A stretch of DNA of 64,000 nucleotides from Flavobacteriales bacterium (GTDB lineage: Bacteria; Bacteroidota; Bacteroidia; UBA10329). Below, piece by piece: positions 31,048-41,613 of this stretch (positions are counted from its first letter, which is position 1; every line of letters begins with the position of its first letter). The position numbers were made by a program, and so were the translations under genes. Where the stretch lies: NCBI GenBank assembly GCA_044356305.1, contig JBIKWM010000001.1, positions 259,509-323,508 on the forward strand. The letters are read 5' to 3'. Under the pieces are notes generated by a model that did not search any database, had not been told where the DNA came from, and saw only the letters and a program-made list of their open reading frames with translations.

Positions 31048-33005
31048 TTCACCAGATCGAGGTGTTCAGGGTGCGCCTCCACCTTGTATTTGCCGCGAAG
31101 CTCCTTGATCCACTCGCGCTCCAGGTAGGTCTGGTACTCGGCTGTGACAAGGCCCTTGGCCTCTTTCAGGGTCTTAGGTTGCGGGGGCAGTATCTCTTTG
31201 ATGAGGATATAGACCTTGTTATTGCTGTCTTCAATGGGCCCGTACAGCCCCTTGGCCCACTGGGCCTTGCTCAGTATATCCTCCTCGTCTTTCTCATACT
31301 TCTTGCCCTCAGCACGTAGATTGAGCTGCGAATCGGTGTTGAACTGCTTGATGATGTCCTCACGGCTGGGCTCACCTTTCTTGAGTTTCTTCTCCAGGAT
31401 GGGCTTTAGGGGTGCCACGATACTGTCTTTCATGCAATGGTATATCTCAGCATCGGCCCTGTCTTTCCACATGAACTGCTGCTTGTTGCCGTTGTAGTAT
31501 TTCTCGAGGCCGACAGTGTCTTTCACGGCCTTGGTCCAAACCTTCTGGTCGGTGAGGTCGAACAGCAGGATGCCATCGCGGTACTCCTTCAGCAAGGCGC
31601 GGTACTCCGGATATTTCTGCTCAAGCCTCGCTTCTTCATAGTTCAATAGGCTCTCTTTCACATATTGCGAATAGAAACCATTCAATACCACGGCCAGGGT
31701 GTCTTTGGTCCTGCGCACCTGGCTGCGGCCCATGTAGTCGGCCAGATCGCGTTGCGTATAATTCTGGGTGCCGATGCTGAACACGGTCTTGGTCATGTTC
31801 TTGGCCACCGAGGGGTCCCACTTCCCTTCAAGGATGCTGTCGGTGAGCAAGGGCAATAGTTCATTGACCGCGGCAGTGTTCTCTTTGAAACCGTACTCCT
31901 TGCGTATACGGGCCAGCACGCTCTCCTCGCTCTTCTGCGAGCGGCTGTCCTTGGCCACTTTGGCACGCAGGTCCTTTTCAATCTCGGCAAAAGCCTGCAC
32001 ACCTCTACGGTCAATCCGCTTGATGATGTGCCAGCCGTACGAGGTTTCAATCGGTTCGCTCACATCGCCATTGTTGGCCAAAGCGAATGCTGCATTCTCA
32101 AAGGCAGGAACCATACGGCCTGCACCGAACCAGGGCAACTGTCCACCGTTGCGGGCCGAACCCTTGTCCTCGCTGTACTTCACGGCCAGGTCCTCGAACT
32201 TGGCATTGTTGGCCATCATGCCCTTCACCTCCATTATCTTATCCTTGGCGGCCTTATTCTGCTCATCGGTGGCCTCGGCCCCTGTCTTTATCATGATGTG
32301 GGCAGCCAACACTTCGCCCTGAGCGGGTCTGCGGTCATTCACCTTGATCAGGTGGTAACCGAAACGTGTGCGCACCGGCATGCTCATTTTGCCCACAGGG
32401 GTGCTGTATGCGGCATTTTCAAACGGGTACACCATTCGCAATGACGTGAAATACCCCAGATCGCCACTGTTCTCCTTGGCCGATGGGTCCTCACTGTATT
32501 TCTTGGCCAGGTCCTCAAACTTGGCTCCTTTCTCCACCTGTTTGCGCAGGTCCATCACCTTGTTGTAAGCCGTCAAAGTGTCTTTTGGCAGCGCATCGGG
32601 CGATACTTTGATCAGGATGTGGCTTGCCCGCACATCCTCTTTCATGCGGTCGTATGCCTCTTTTACCAACGCCTCAGTGACTTCCTTGTCAGTTAGATAC
32701 GGCTTGGCTAGTTGCTTCTGATAGCCTTTCAGCTCATCGCGGAACTTTTTCACAGTGTCCATGCCCAAGGCCTCGGCCTCACGCACTTTCAGTTTGAAGT
32801 TGATGTACAGGTCGAGGTAATTCTCAAGGTCGGCCCTGTCAATGGGCGCATCCTTGTTGTTCTTCTTGTATACGGTCGAGAACTCGCTGACCCGCACATC
32901 CTGCTTGTCTACGGTGAGCAGCACGGGGTCGTTCTGGGCCGAGGCACAGAGGGCGCTCATGGTGCAGGCCGCGGCCAGAGTGAGGTGTAAACGCATGGGT
33001 CGCAT
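31044..33005 (-). CDS. PpiD/SurA-like peptidyl-prolyl isomerase with two parvulin domains
   Basis: ASHILIKV...GDLGYF...GYHLIKV and AAHIMIKT...GGQLPWF...GWHIIKR. Confidence 0.8.
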   Translation of the reverse strand: MRPMRLHLTLAAACTMSALCASAQNDPVLLTVDKQDVRVSEFSTVYKKNNKDAPIDRADLENYLDLYINFKLKVREAEALGMDTVKKFRDELKGYQKQLAKPYLTDKEVTEALVKEAYDRMKEDVRASHILIKVSPDALPKDTLTAYNKVMDLRKQVEKGAKFEDLAKKYSEDPSAKENSGDLGYFTSLRMVYPFENAAYSTPVGKMSMPVRTRFGYHLIKVNDRRPAQGEVLAAHIMIKTGAEATDEQNKAAKDKIMEVKGMMANNAKFEDLAVKYSEDKGSARNGGQLPWFGAGRMVPAFENAAFALANNGDVSEPIETSYGWHIIKRIDRRGVQAFAEIEKDLRAKVAKDSRSQKSEESVLARIRKEYGFKENTAAVNELLPLLTDSILEGKWDPSVAKNMTKTVFSIGTQNYTQRDLADYMGRSQVRRTKDTLAVVLNGFYSQYVKESLLNYEEARLEQKYPEYRALLKEYRDGILLFDLTDQKVWTKAVKDTVGLEKYYNGNKQQFMWKDRADAEIYHCMKDSIVAPLKPILEKKLKKGEPSREDIIKQFNTDSQLNLRAEGKKYEKDEEDILSKAQWAKGLYGPIEDSNNKVYILIKEILPPQPKTLKEAKGLVTAEYQTYLEREWIKELRGKYKVEAHPEHLDLVK

Positions 33006-33042
33006 GACGGTCAGATTGTTAATGGTTTTTCAATAAGGGTCG

Positions 33043-33050
33043 CAAAGCTA
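33043..33050 (-). promoter_or_regulatory. Bacteroidota -7 box candidate (TAGCTTTG)
   Basis: The minus strand reads TAGCTTTG, 38 nt upstream of the ATG at 33005. No clear -33 element is present. Confidence 0.3.
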
Positions 33051-33089
33051 ATGATATAGGGGAATGAGCCGAAGGGCTGTGAACAGGCC

Positions 33090-33923
33090 TCAGAACCACC
33101 TTTTCACCCGCTCTTTCAGGGTCGGTGTGAGAGCCGTATCGGGCAGTGGCCCCATGTAGGGCTGTCCGCTTTGCAGCACCTCGCGCACAAACCGGGAGGC
33201 ACTGATGCCCCACTTATGGAGAAACTGCCTTCGGCCATCGTTCATGGTCACACGGCCTGTGCTCTTGCGCATGAAGTGATACACCAGGCTGTCGCCCACC
33301 CCCATGAACTCGCGCACCCCGGCCTGCCACAGTTTCATGCTCAGGTCGGGGTCAGAATATAGGCCAGGGCTGAACTCCTCGCTGTAGCCGCCCACCATGG
33401 CCCACATGCTGCGGTGCATGACGCTCGGGGGCCATGTGCTGCCGCTCCAATGGGGCCGCACAAGTCGCGGTGCGGCCTGCAACAGGGCCGAGGGGTCAAA
33501 GTCTGCCGTACCTGTGCCGAAGGGCTCAGGGGCCACCACACACGCATTGCCGGTGCCCACGGGTTCTATCATGGTGGCCGAGAGGTAGAAGCGGGCATGA
33601 CCGATGCGCCCTATCTGACGTGTGAGCGCCACATCCCAGCCGGGCACGGGCCACATGTCATCGTTGAAGTAGCAGATGTATTCCGTTTCGGCCAAAGGGA
33701 AAAGGCCATTGAGGGCGCGGCATATGCCGATGTTGCTATCAGAACGGAGGTGAGTGATGCCCTCAGCGGCAAGCCACTGGGCCGTTCCATCGGTGCTGCC
33801 GTTATCATGCACCAGCAGCTGGTGGTCAATGGCTGAATGGGCCCTCAGTCCACTCACCAGCAGTTGCAGATGGGGCAGGTTGTCCCACGTGGGCACCAGT
33901 ATGCTGAACCGCATGGCGCTCAT
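33090..33923 (-). CDS. glycosyltransferase family 2
   Basis: FSILVPTWDN...VHDNGSTDGT...FNDDMW (DxD-like). Confidence 0.75.
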   Translation of the reverse strand: MSAMRFSILVPTWDNLPHLQLLVSGLRAHSAIDHQLLVHDNGSTDGTAQWLAAEGITHLRSDSNIGICRALNGLFPLAETEYICYFNDDMWPVPGWDVALTRQIGRIGHARFYLSATMIEPVGTGNACVVAPEPFGTGTADFDPSALLQAAPRLVRPHWSGSTWPPSVMHRSMWAMVGGYSEEFSPGLYSDPDLSMKLWQAGVREFMGVGDSLVYHFMRKSTGRVTMNDGRRQFLHKWGISASRFVREVLQSGQPYMGPLPDTALTPTLKERVKRWF

Positions 33924-34663
33924 CGGCCCTGACCCATAAGATGTTTGGCATGTTTGAGAAAACTGCCGTAGGCCGACATCACCGACACAATGAGCCCCGC
34001 CCTACCATCAAGGAAACCCAGACGGATGAAATAGAACCGGATGAACATCCAGAAAGGACTAAAGACCAGACGCAGGACACTCGGCCGACTGCCACGCTCC
34101 AGGAGCGCCCTGGCCCCTAGTGTGGTGTAGCGGTCAAGGCGCTGTGCGTGTTCACTCACCGAGCTGTAGCTGTGATGCAGGATGTCGCCCCGTAGCAATG
34201 GGGCATGTGGCGGCTCGGGCACGATCACCTCGTGCACCAGCCCGTCCCAGTGAAATTCCCTGCGGTCGAACAACCGCAGCTTCACATCGGGGTACCAGCC
34301 GGTGTGGTGTATCCAATGCCCGCAGTAGTTGGTGAGGCGCGCCATGCGGAAAGCCTTTCCCTGCTGCGACCTTGCCTCGCGTATGGAAGCGGCCAGTTCT
34401 GGCGACAGGGCCTCATCGGCATCCATGCTCAGAATCAGGTCGTACCTGGCCAATTGGTTGGCGGCATTCTTCGTCCCGCTGTATCCCTTCCACTCCATCT
34501 GCACCACGGTGGCGCCCATGTGGCGGCATATCTCGGCCGTGCGGTCGGTGCTGCCGCTGTCGGCCACCAGCACCTCGTCAGCCACGTCTCTCAGGCTTTC
34601 GAGACAGCGGGCAATGTTCCGCTCCTCGTTCAGGGTGATGATGACGGCCGAGATGGGTCGCAT
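33920..34663 (-). CDS. glycosyltransferase family 2 (LPS-core type)
   Basis: AVIITLNEERNI...VADSGSTDRT...SMDADE. The start is taken at ATG 34663, overlapping the upstream stop by 1 nt. Confidence 0.75.
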   Translation of the reverse strand: MRPISAVIITLNEERNIARCLESLRDVADEVLVADSGSTDRTAEICRHMGATVVQMEWKGYSGTKNAANQLARYDLILSMDADEALSPELAASIREARSQQGKAFRMARLTNYCGHWIHHTGWYPDVKLRLFDRREFHWDGLVHEVIVPEPPHAPLLRGDILHHSYSSVSEHAQRLDRYTTLGARALLERGSRPSVLRLVFSPFWMFIRFYFIRLGFLDGRAGLIVSVMSAYGSFLKHAKHLMGQGR

Positions 34664-35103
34664 CAGTGCTTGAACGAAATGCCCGAACTGACCATATTCT
34701 GGGTGCACCGGGCCACAAGCTTGCCATCGGGCGCCAGCAGCGAGGAGTTGAGGTACACCACTGTGCGCCCCTTACGCACCACCTCTGCCCGCGCATGCAG
34801 CACCTGTCCAGCAAAGGCCGGGCGCTGAAAATCGACCGTGATGTTGAGGGCTACGAAATGGTGGTCGAGCCCCAGGGTTGCGGTCATCATGCCCATCACC
34901 TCGTCCAGAATGGCGGCCTGCACTCCACCATGTAGGCTGCCTGCCGGGTTGCACATGTCCTCGCGCACTGGAACGGCTATGGTCATGGTGTCATCGGTCA
35001 TGTCAATGAGCTCGGCCCTTAGCCAGCCACTGAACCCCGGAAGCCCATCCATCGGGCCCTTGCCGAGGATAGACCTGAAATGCTCTTTGATCGGATTGTC
35101 CAT
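34663..35103 (-). CDS. PaaI-family hotdog-fold thioesterase
   Basis: 146 aa with NPAGSLHGGVQAAILDEVMG, typical of PaaI/4HBT-III. Confidence 0.8.
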   Translation of the reverse strand: MDNPIKEHFRSILGKGPMDGLPGFSGWLRAELIDMTDDTMTIAVPVREDMCNPAGSLHGGVQAAILDEVMGMMTATLGLDHHFVALNITVDFQRPAFAGQVLHARAEVVRKGRTVVYLNSSLLAPDGKLVARCTQNMVSSGISFKH

Positions 35104-35260
35104 TTACGGTTTGAATGGGGCGAAGGTCGGTGATCAGCCCATATCGGTGCCCCGGTCACATTTCACATTCGTTGGCAGGCTCGGTGCAGACGGCCTTGGC
35201 CCAGATAGCGGGTGCCGTTTAGCTTAGTGGCCCCCATTATCATCCCCCTAGAGTGCAAGT

Positions 35261-38200
35261 ATGAGAGCCTTTTTTCTCTTGATCCCGCTTGTGGCCCTGT
35301 CGCCAATGTGGGCTGCAGGCCAGCAGACCTTCCCAGTGAACGGGGTGGCCGACACCGACCATCTGCACCGTGCCCTGGTGGGCGCCACGGTGCACACCAC
35401 CTCGCGTGACAGCGTGAACGATGCCACTGTTATCATCCGCGATGGGCGCATCGTGGCCGTTGGCACCGGCATCGCCATTCCGACCGATGCGGTGGTGCAT
35501 GACGTGAAGGGCCGGCACATCTATCCGACCTTCATTGACCTGCTGAGCGATTACGGCATGCCCGATGTCAAAAAGGGAGAGGGCCGCCATGGCGGTCGCG
35601 GCCCGCAATACGACCCTGCAAGGCCGGGCGCCTACACCTGGAATGATGCTCTGCACCCCGACCGCCAGGCGGCAGCCCTTTTCACTGTGAACGAGAAGCA
35701 GTCAGAGGCATTGCGGAAAGCCGGGTTTGGGGCCGTGGTGACGCATGTACAGGACGGTATTGCCCGCGGCACCGGGGCCTTTGTGCTCTTGGCCGATGGT
35801 AGGGCCAATGAAAACCTGCTGCGCGAGCGGGCAGCCACCTTCTTCAGCTTTGACAAGGGCACCTCGCAGCAGGCCTATCCTTCGTCACAGATGGGGGCCA
35901 TTGCCCTGCTGCGCCAGAGCTGGATAGATGCCGAGTGGTACCAGCGCCAGCCGGCCGCCAGACGCGATGCCAACCTGGGCCTCGGGGCCTGGGCCGAGAA
36001 CAGGGGCATACCCTCCATCTTCATCACCACAGACCTGTACAGCATGTTGCGGGCCGACCGGGTGGGCGATGAGTTCAAGGTGCAGCACATTCTGCGCGGC
36101 AACGGCAGCGAGTATCAGCGCATTGACGAGGTGAAGGCCACCGGGGCCACGGTGATCGTACCGCTCAGTTTCCCCAAGGCATTTGATGTGGAGGACCCGT
36201 ACGATGCCATGCTTGTTCCATACGCTGACCTTCTGCACTGGGAAATGGCCCCGGCCAATGCAGCGAGCCTGGAAAAAGCCGGGGTCCCGATCATATTTAC
36301 CGCCAATGGGCTGGACAAACCCACTGATCTGTTGCCCGCCCTGCGCACGGCTGTCCGCATGGGGCTGAGCCGGCAGAAGGCCTTGGAAGGGCTCACTTCC
36401 GGCCCTGCAAGGCTGGTGGGCATGGCCGATCAGATTGGCGAGCTGAAGCCGGGCATGTTGGCCAATCTCATCGTCACATCAAAATCGATATTTGAAGATA
36501 AAAGCGAGCTCAATGAGAGCTGGGTGAAAGGGAAACGGATGGAATTGAAGCCTTTGCCACGGCACGACCTGCGTGGCGAATATGAGGTGCGGGTGAATGA
36601 ATCGGTTTTTAAGATTGTGATAGCGGGCGAAGTGGATAAGCTGAAGGCCCATGTGCAACTGACCGACACGGTGAAGGCCGATGCCGAGGTGACCTTCAGT
36701 TACCCGATGGTGACGGTGACCATGACCACAGCCAAGGATGCCAAAGAGCGCATAAGGCTGAGCGGGAGCTTAGGCGGGCGCGACTTTGCCGGCAATGGGC
36801 AATTACAGGATGGCCGCTGGGTGCCCTTCAGCGCCAAGTACATCGGTCCATTAAAAGAGAAGGAGAAAGACAAGAAAGGGGGCGATGATAAGGGCAAGGA
36901 CGACTGGAAACGCCCTTTGCCACAGGGCAAGGTGCTCTATCCTTTTGTCGGGATGGGCCATGCTGAGCAGCCCAAGGCCGAGACGGTGTTCATTCAGAAG
37001 GCCACTGTATGGACCAACGAGCAGACAGGTGTGCTCACCGAGGCCGACCTGATCATGCGCGATGGCCGCATCGCGGAGGTGGGCCGCGGCCTGAGTGTGC
37101 CCCCAGGGGCCACCGTAGTGGATGGCAAAGGCAGGCACCTTACGGCAGGGATCATAGATGAGCACTCGCACATAGCCATCAGTGCCGGAGTGAATGAGGG
37201 CACACAGAGCGTGACATCGGAGGTGCGGATAGGCGATGTGGTGAACCCCACCGACATCAACATCTACCGGCAACTGGCGGGTGGGGTGACAGCCGCCCAA
37301 CTGCTGCATGGCTCGGCCAATGCCATAGGCGGACAGAGCGCCCTGATCAAGCTGCGCTGGGGCCAAGGGGCCGAGGCCATGAAGGTCCAAGGGGCCGATG
37401 GGTTCATCAAGTTCGCTCTGGGCGAGAATGTGAAACAGAGCAACTGGGGCGACAACAGCACCACGCGCTACCCGCAGACCCGCATGGGCGTGGAACAGGT
37501 GTTTTACGATGCCTTCATCCGTGCAGGGGAATATCAGAAGGCACTGGCATCGAAGGAACCACCACGAAGGGACCTTGAGCTGGAGGCCCTTGCCGAGATA
37601 CTGGACAGCCGCAGGTTCATCACCTGCCACAGCTATGTGCAGAGCGAGGTGAACATGCTCATGCACGTGGCCGATAGCATGGGTTTCAAGGTGAACACCT
37701 TCACGCACATCCTGGAGGGATATAAGGTGGCCGACAAGATGCGCGAGCACGGGGTGAGCGGATCCACATTCTCAGACTGGTGGGCCTATAAATACGAGGT
37801 GGCCGATGCCATACCCCACAACGCCAGCCTGATGCACAGGGCCGGGGTCAATGTGGGCATCAACTCAGACGATGCCGAGATGGGCCGCAGGCTGAACCAA
37901 GAGGCTGCCAAAGCCGTGAAATATGGGGGCATGAGCGAGGAGGACGCCCTGAAACTGGTAACCCTCAACCCCGCCAAGATGCTGCACCTCGACAACCGCA
38001 TGGGCAGCCTGCGGGCCGGAAAGGATGCCGATGTGGTACTGTGGAACGGCCATCCGCTCAGCGTGTACAGTACCCCAGAGATGACCTGGGTGGACGGTGT
38101 CCGCCTGTTTGACCGCCAGCGCGATGCCCAGATTCGCGATGCCTTGGCCAAGGAGCGCAACCGGATCATTCAGCTGATGCTCGAGGCCAAGAAGCACGGA

Positions 38201-38266
38201 GAGCCCGTGCGCAAGGCCGAGAAGAAGGAAGAGAGACTTTATCACTGCGAGACCTTGGAACCATGA
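35261..38266 (+). CDS. large amidohydrolase-family protein
   Basis: 1001 aa with a signal peptide. It has a metal-binding GIIDEHSHIAI (HxH) motif and NSDD near the C-terminus. Confidence 0.8.
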   Translation: MRAFFLLIPLVALSPMWAAGQQTFPVNGVADTDHLHRALVGATVHTTSRDSVNDATVIIRDGRIVAVGTGIAIPTDAVVHDVKGRHIYPTFIDLLSDYGMPDVKKGEGRHGGRGPQYDPARPGAYTWNDALHPDRQAAALFTVNEKQSEALRKAGFGAVVTHVQDGIARGTGAFVLLADGRANENLLRERAATFFSFDKGTSQQAYPSSQMGAIALLRQSWIDAEWYQRQPAARRDANLGLGAWAENRGIPSIFITTDLYSMLRADRVGDEFKVQHILRGNGSEYQRIDEVKATGATVIVPLSFPKAFDVEDPYDAMLVPYADLLHWEMAPANAASLEKAGVPIIFTANGLDKPTDLLPALRTAVRMGLSRQKALEGLTSGPARLVGMADQIGELKPGMLANLIVTSKSIFEDKSELNESWVKGKRMELKPLPRHDLRGEYEVRVNESVFKIVIAGEVDKLKAHVQLTDTVKADAEVTFSYPMVTVTMTTAKDAKERIRLSGSLGGRDFAGNGQLQDGRWVPFSAKYIGPLKEKEKDKKGGDDKGKDDWKRPLPQGKVLYPFVGMGHAEQPKAETVFIQKATVWTNEQTGVLTEADLIMRDGRIAEVGRGLSVPPGATVVDGKGRHLTAGIIDEHSHIAISAGVNEGTQSVTSEVRIGDVVNPTDINIYRQLAGGVTAAQLLHGSANAIGGQSALIKLRWGQGAEAMKVQGADGFIKFALGENVKQSNWGDNSTTRYPQTRMGVEQVFYDAFIRAGEYQKALASKEPPRRDLELEALAEILDSRRFITCHSYVQSEVNMLMHVADSMGFKVNTFTHILEGYKVADKMREHGVSGSTFSDWWAYKYEVADAIPHNASLMHRAGVNVGINSDDAEMGRRLNQEAAKAVKYGGMSEEDALKLVTLNPAKMLHLDNRMGSLRAGKDADVVLWNGHPLSVYSTPEMTWVDGVRLFDRQRDAQIRDALAKERNRIIQLMLEAKKHGEPVRKAEKKEERLYHCETLEP

Positions 38267-39549
38267 GGATCATCCTATCCACACTTTCAGTTCTTACCGC
38301 CCTTTGGGCAACTGCCCAGGTGCCGGCACCCGGCCCGGCCCAGAAAAAGACCATGGTCATAGTGGGCGGCACGCTGCATGTGGGCGATGGCACGGTGCGC
38401 GAGAACGTGGCCATCGGCATCGAAGGGGGCAAGATCACCTTTGTGCACGATGCGGCCACTGTGCGCCTCAACCCGAATGATGCCGACATCATCAAGGCAG
38501 AGGGCAAGCACATCTACCCGGGGTTCATTTTGCCCAATACCACCCTCGGCCTGACAGAGATAGAGGCGGTGCGCGCCACCAACGACTTTCGCGAAGTGGG
38601 CGGAATCAATCCCAACGTGCGAAGCATCATAGCATATAACACCGATAGCAAGGTGGTGCCCACAGTGCGCTGCAACGGGGTTCTGGCGGCACAGATCACC
38701 CCGCGCGGGGGTCTTGTGAGCGGCCTGAGCAGCATAGTGCAGCTCGATGCTTGGAACTGGGAAGATGCCGCGGTAAGCACCGATGACGGGCTGCATGTCA
38801 ACTGGCCATCGCGCCACAACCGCAGCGGCTGGTGGGCCGAACCCGGAGGCACCACGCCCAACGACAAGTACGCAGAACAGGTGAACGAGCTGCGCGACCT
38901 TTTACTTAAGGCCAAGGCATATGCTGTATCGCAGCCGAAAGAGCAGAACCTGCGCCTAGCCGCCTGTGCCGGACTTTTCAACGGATCGCGTAGGCTTTTT
39001 GTGCATGTGGACGATGCACGGTCCATCACCGAGAGCATTTTGCTTCTGAAAGAATGGGGCATAAAGCTGCCTGTGATAGTGGGAGGGGCTGAGGCCCCGC
39101 GCGTGGCCGATTTCCTTAAGCAGCACGATGTACCAGTGGTGCTGAGGCGCGTGCACGACCTGCCCCTTCAAGAGGATGACGCGTATGACCGGCCTTACAG
39201 TCTGGCGGCCATGCTCCACAGGGCAGGGGTCCGTTTCTGCCTGAGCTACGAAGGCGACATGGAGGCCATGGGCGCACGCAACCTACCGTTCACAGCAGGC
39301 ACAGCGGTGGCCTTCGAGCTGCCCCAAGAGGAGGCGGTGAAGGCCATCTGCCTCTCGGCCGCTCAGATACTGGGCATAGATGACCGCATGGGCACGGTTG
39401 CACCGGGCAAGGACGCCACCTTGTTCATATCGACCGGTGATGCCCTCGACATGCGTACCAACAACCTGGAACTGGCCCTGATACAGGGGCGCAGGCTGGA
39501 TCTGGGCAACCATCAGGCCGACCTGTACCGCAAGTTCGGAGGGAAGTGA
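38263..39549 (+). CDS. amidohydrolase-family protein
   Basis: 428 aa with a signal peptide. It is coupled to the upstream amidohydrolase by an ATGA overlap and shares its fold-type motifs (GKHIYPGFI, GKDATLF). Confidence 0.75.
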   Translation: MRIILSTLSVLTALWATAQVPAPGPAQKKTMVIVGGTLHVGDGTVRENVAIGIEGGKITFVHDAATVRLNPNDADIIKAEGKHIYPGFILPNTTLGLTEIEAVRATNDFREVGGINPNVRSIIAYNTDSKVVPTVRCNGVLAAQITPRGGLVSGLSSIVQLDAWNWEDAAVSTDDGLHVNWPSRHNRSGWWAEPGGTTPNDKYAEQVNELRDLLLKAKAYAVSQPKEQNLRLAACAGLFNGSRRLFVHVDDARSITESILLLKEWGIKLPVIVGGAEAPRVADFLKQHDVPVVLRRVHDLPLQEDDAYDRPYSLAAMLHRAGVRFCLSYEGDMEAMGARNLPFTAGTAVAFELPQEEAVKAICLSAAQILGIDDRMGTVAPGKDATLFISTGDALDMRTNNLELALIQGRRLDLGNHQADLYRKFGGK

Positions 39550-39581
39550 CAGGGGGTCATTGAATCGCTAATTTCGCGGCC

Positions 39582-40130
39582 ATGTTCAGGGGGGCCATCT
39601 TTCTTCTTTTGGGGCTGATGGGCTCAATGCCTACCATGGCTCAGAAAACCGATGGCGGCAAAGCCCTCCCTGCGCCCAAACTCGGCCAGAACGGACTGTT
39701 CTATCTGCAGCGAAATAAGAACACGAACACCGTTGTGTACGATGCCCGCCTGCGCAAGGATGGAACCATTGACCCCGAGGAGCCCATCGATGCCTATTGG
39801 TTAGGGTTTGAGGAGAACGGAGGGAAGCGCGAGGACCTTTCGTTCTTCGAGAACATGAGCGTTTATGGCGTAGATGCCGAGGCGATAAAAGGCCGCAAGG
39901 ATGAGTATGTGCTGCGCCTCAAGGCTTTCAAGGAGCGCAGCGTCACGCTGGCCAGGGATAAGGTGGGCCATGTGGTGGGCAAGATGAAGATCGCGGGCAA
40001 AGAGGCCCGACTCACGCGCATTTATATTCAGGCCAAGGAGGGCGGCCTGCGCCCCGATGTGCTGCACATCGACCTGTTCGGAGAGGACCTGATCACCGGA
40101 GAGAAACTATATGAGCGGCTCAAGCCCTGA
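39582..40130 (+). CDS. DUF4833-like secreted protein
   Basis: 182 aa with a signal peptide and LFYLQRNKNTNTVVYDA. The family assignment is from memory. Confidence 0.55.
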   Translation: MFRGAIFLLLGLMGSMPTMAQKTDGGKALPAPKLGQNGLFYLQRNKNTNTVVYDARLRKDGTIDPEEPIDAYWLGFEENGGKREDLSFFENMSVYGVDAEAIKGRKDEYVLRLKAFKERSVTLARDKVGHVVGKMKIAGKEARLTRIYIQAKEGGLRPDVLHIDLFGEDLITGEKLYERLKP

Positions 40131-40872
40131 TCTGGGCGAGCCTGTAAAGGTCTCGGCCGTATCGTACATAAACAGTTATCCGTTCATTCACGGCCTCCGC
40201 AGCAGCGGTCTGGCCCCGGCCATTGACCTGAGCCTTGTTGTGCCGTCCGAATGTGCCCGCAAGGTGGTTCAGGGCGAGGCCCATGTGGGTCTGATGCCTG
40301 TGGCCGAACTGCCACAGGTGGAAGGGGGACATGTGATAACGGATATGTGCATCGGTGCCGATGGCCCGGTAGAGACGGTGTGCCTGTACAGCGAGGTGCC
40401 TTTGAAGGATGTGCGCACGGTGCTGCTCGACCCAGAGTCGCGCACATCGGTGCGGCTGGTACAGTTGCTGGCCAGGTACCATTGGCACATCAGGCCACAA
40501 TGGAACACGGCAGAGGCGGGCTTCGAGGGACGCATACATGGCACCACGGCCGGGGTGGTGATAGGTGACCGTGCATTTGCCCTCAACAACCAACATTCCC
40601 ACGTCTTCGATCTGGCCCACGAATGGAGGGTCTGGACAGGGCTGCCCTTTGTGTTTGCTGCCTGGGTGGCCAATAGGCCGTTGGAGCCAGATTTCACAGA
40701 GCGGTTCGCTGCAGCCCTGCGGTGGGGCGTTGATCACCGCTCGCAGGCGGTGCGGGCCATGTTGCCACCCGCCATCGATCCCATACCCAAGATGCTGTAT
40801 GTGCAGCGCAGCATCAGTTACGAACTGGATCATGCCAAACAGGAGGCCATGCGGCTTTTCCTGAGGCTGTGA
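40111..40872 (+). CDS. mqnA: chorismate dehydratase (futalosine-pathway menaquinone biosynthesis)
   Basis: VSAVSYINSYPFIHGL at the N-terminus and the periplasmic-binding-like fold pattern typical of MqnA. Confidence 0.7.
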   Translation: MSGSSPDLGEPVKVSAVSYINSYPFIHGLRSSGLAPAIDLSLVVPSECARKVVQGEAHVGLMPVAELPQVEGGHVITDMCIGADGPVETVCLYSEVPLKDVRTVLLDPESRTSVRLVQLLARYHWHIRPQWNTAEAGFEGRIHGTTAGVVIGDRAFALNNQHSHVFDLAHEWRVWTGLPFVFAAWVANRPLEPDFTERFAAALRWGVDHRSQAVRAMLPPAIDPIPKMLYVQRSISYELDHAKQEAMRLFLRL

Positions 40873-40926
40873 CCCACCTTGGCGGCACCTACTTTTGCCG
40901 CCCTCATCAACAACCCGAAAAAGAAA

Positions 40927-41613
40927 GTGAAGAATCTGAGCCTGATTATGAATGCCGTGCTGGCCGTGGCCGTTGCCGTACTATTCTACCTGCACTTCAG
41001 CAAACCTTCTGACGATGCGCCCAAGAGCACCGTTGACATGGCAGCGGTTGACAGCGTGAGCAGCAGGTTGCGCATCGCATATATCGACATCGACACCGTG
41101 CTGGCCAACTACGGGTTCATCCTCGAGAAGAACGAGGAGATGAAGAAGAAACAGACCGATGCCGGCAAGAAGGTGGAAGGACGCGCCCGCACCCTAGAGG
41201 CCCAGTTTGGCAGCATGATGCAGGAACTGCAGACTAAGGCCCAGCAGTTTGAGAAGGATGCCGAGGGCATGAGTGAGCTGGTGCGCAACACCAAGATGAA
41301 AGAGCTTCAGGACATGGAGATGAACCTGCGGCAGTTTCAGGCCAAGGCCGATGAGGAGGTGAGTGATCTGGAGGAGAATCTGAGCAATGCACTTGTTGAG
41401 GAAAATCTTGAATACACTAAGCATGTGCGCGATGAGATTGATGCATATCTCAAGGAATACAATGCCGATGGCCGTTTCACCTATGTGCTGAGCAGCGGCA
41501 CAGGTATGAACATTTTGCAGGCCGACCCGGCCCTGAACATCACGCAGGATGTGCTGAACGGCCTGAATGCCCGCTACGAGGCCAAGAACGCAGCCGAGGC
41601 TGACAAGAAGTGA
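40927..41613 (+). CDS. OmpH/Skp-like periplasmic chaperone
   Basis: N-terminal anchor (KNLSLIMNAVLAVAVAVLFYL) and a long coiled-coil region. The start is uncertain: GTG 40927, ATG 40948 or TTG 40879. Confidence 0.65.
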   Translation: MKNLSLIMNAVLAVAVAVLFYLHFSKPSDDAPKSTVDMAAVDSVSSRLRIAYIDIDTVLANYGFILEKNEEMKKKQTDAGKKVEGRARTLEAQFGSMMQELQTKAQQFEKDAEGMSELVRNTKMKELQDMEMNLRQFQAKADEEVSDLEENLSNALVEENLEYTKHVRDEIDAYLKEYNADGRFTYVLSSGTGMNILQADPALNITQDVLNGLNARYEAKNAAEADKK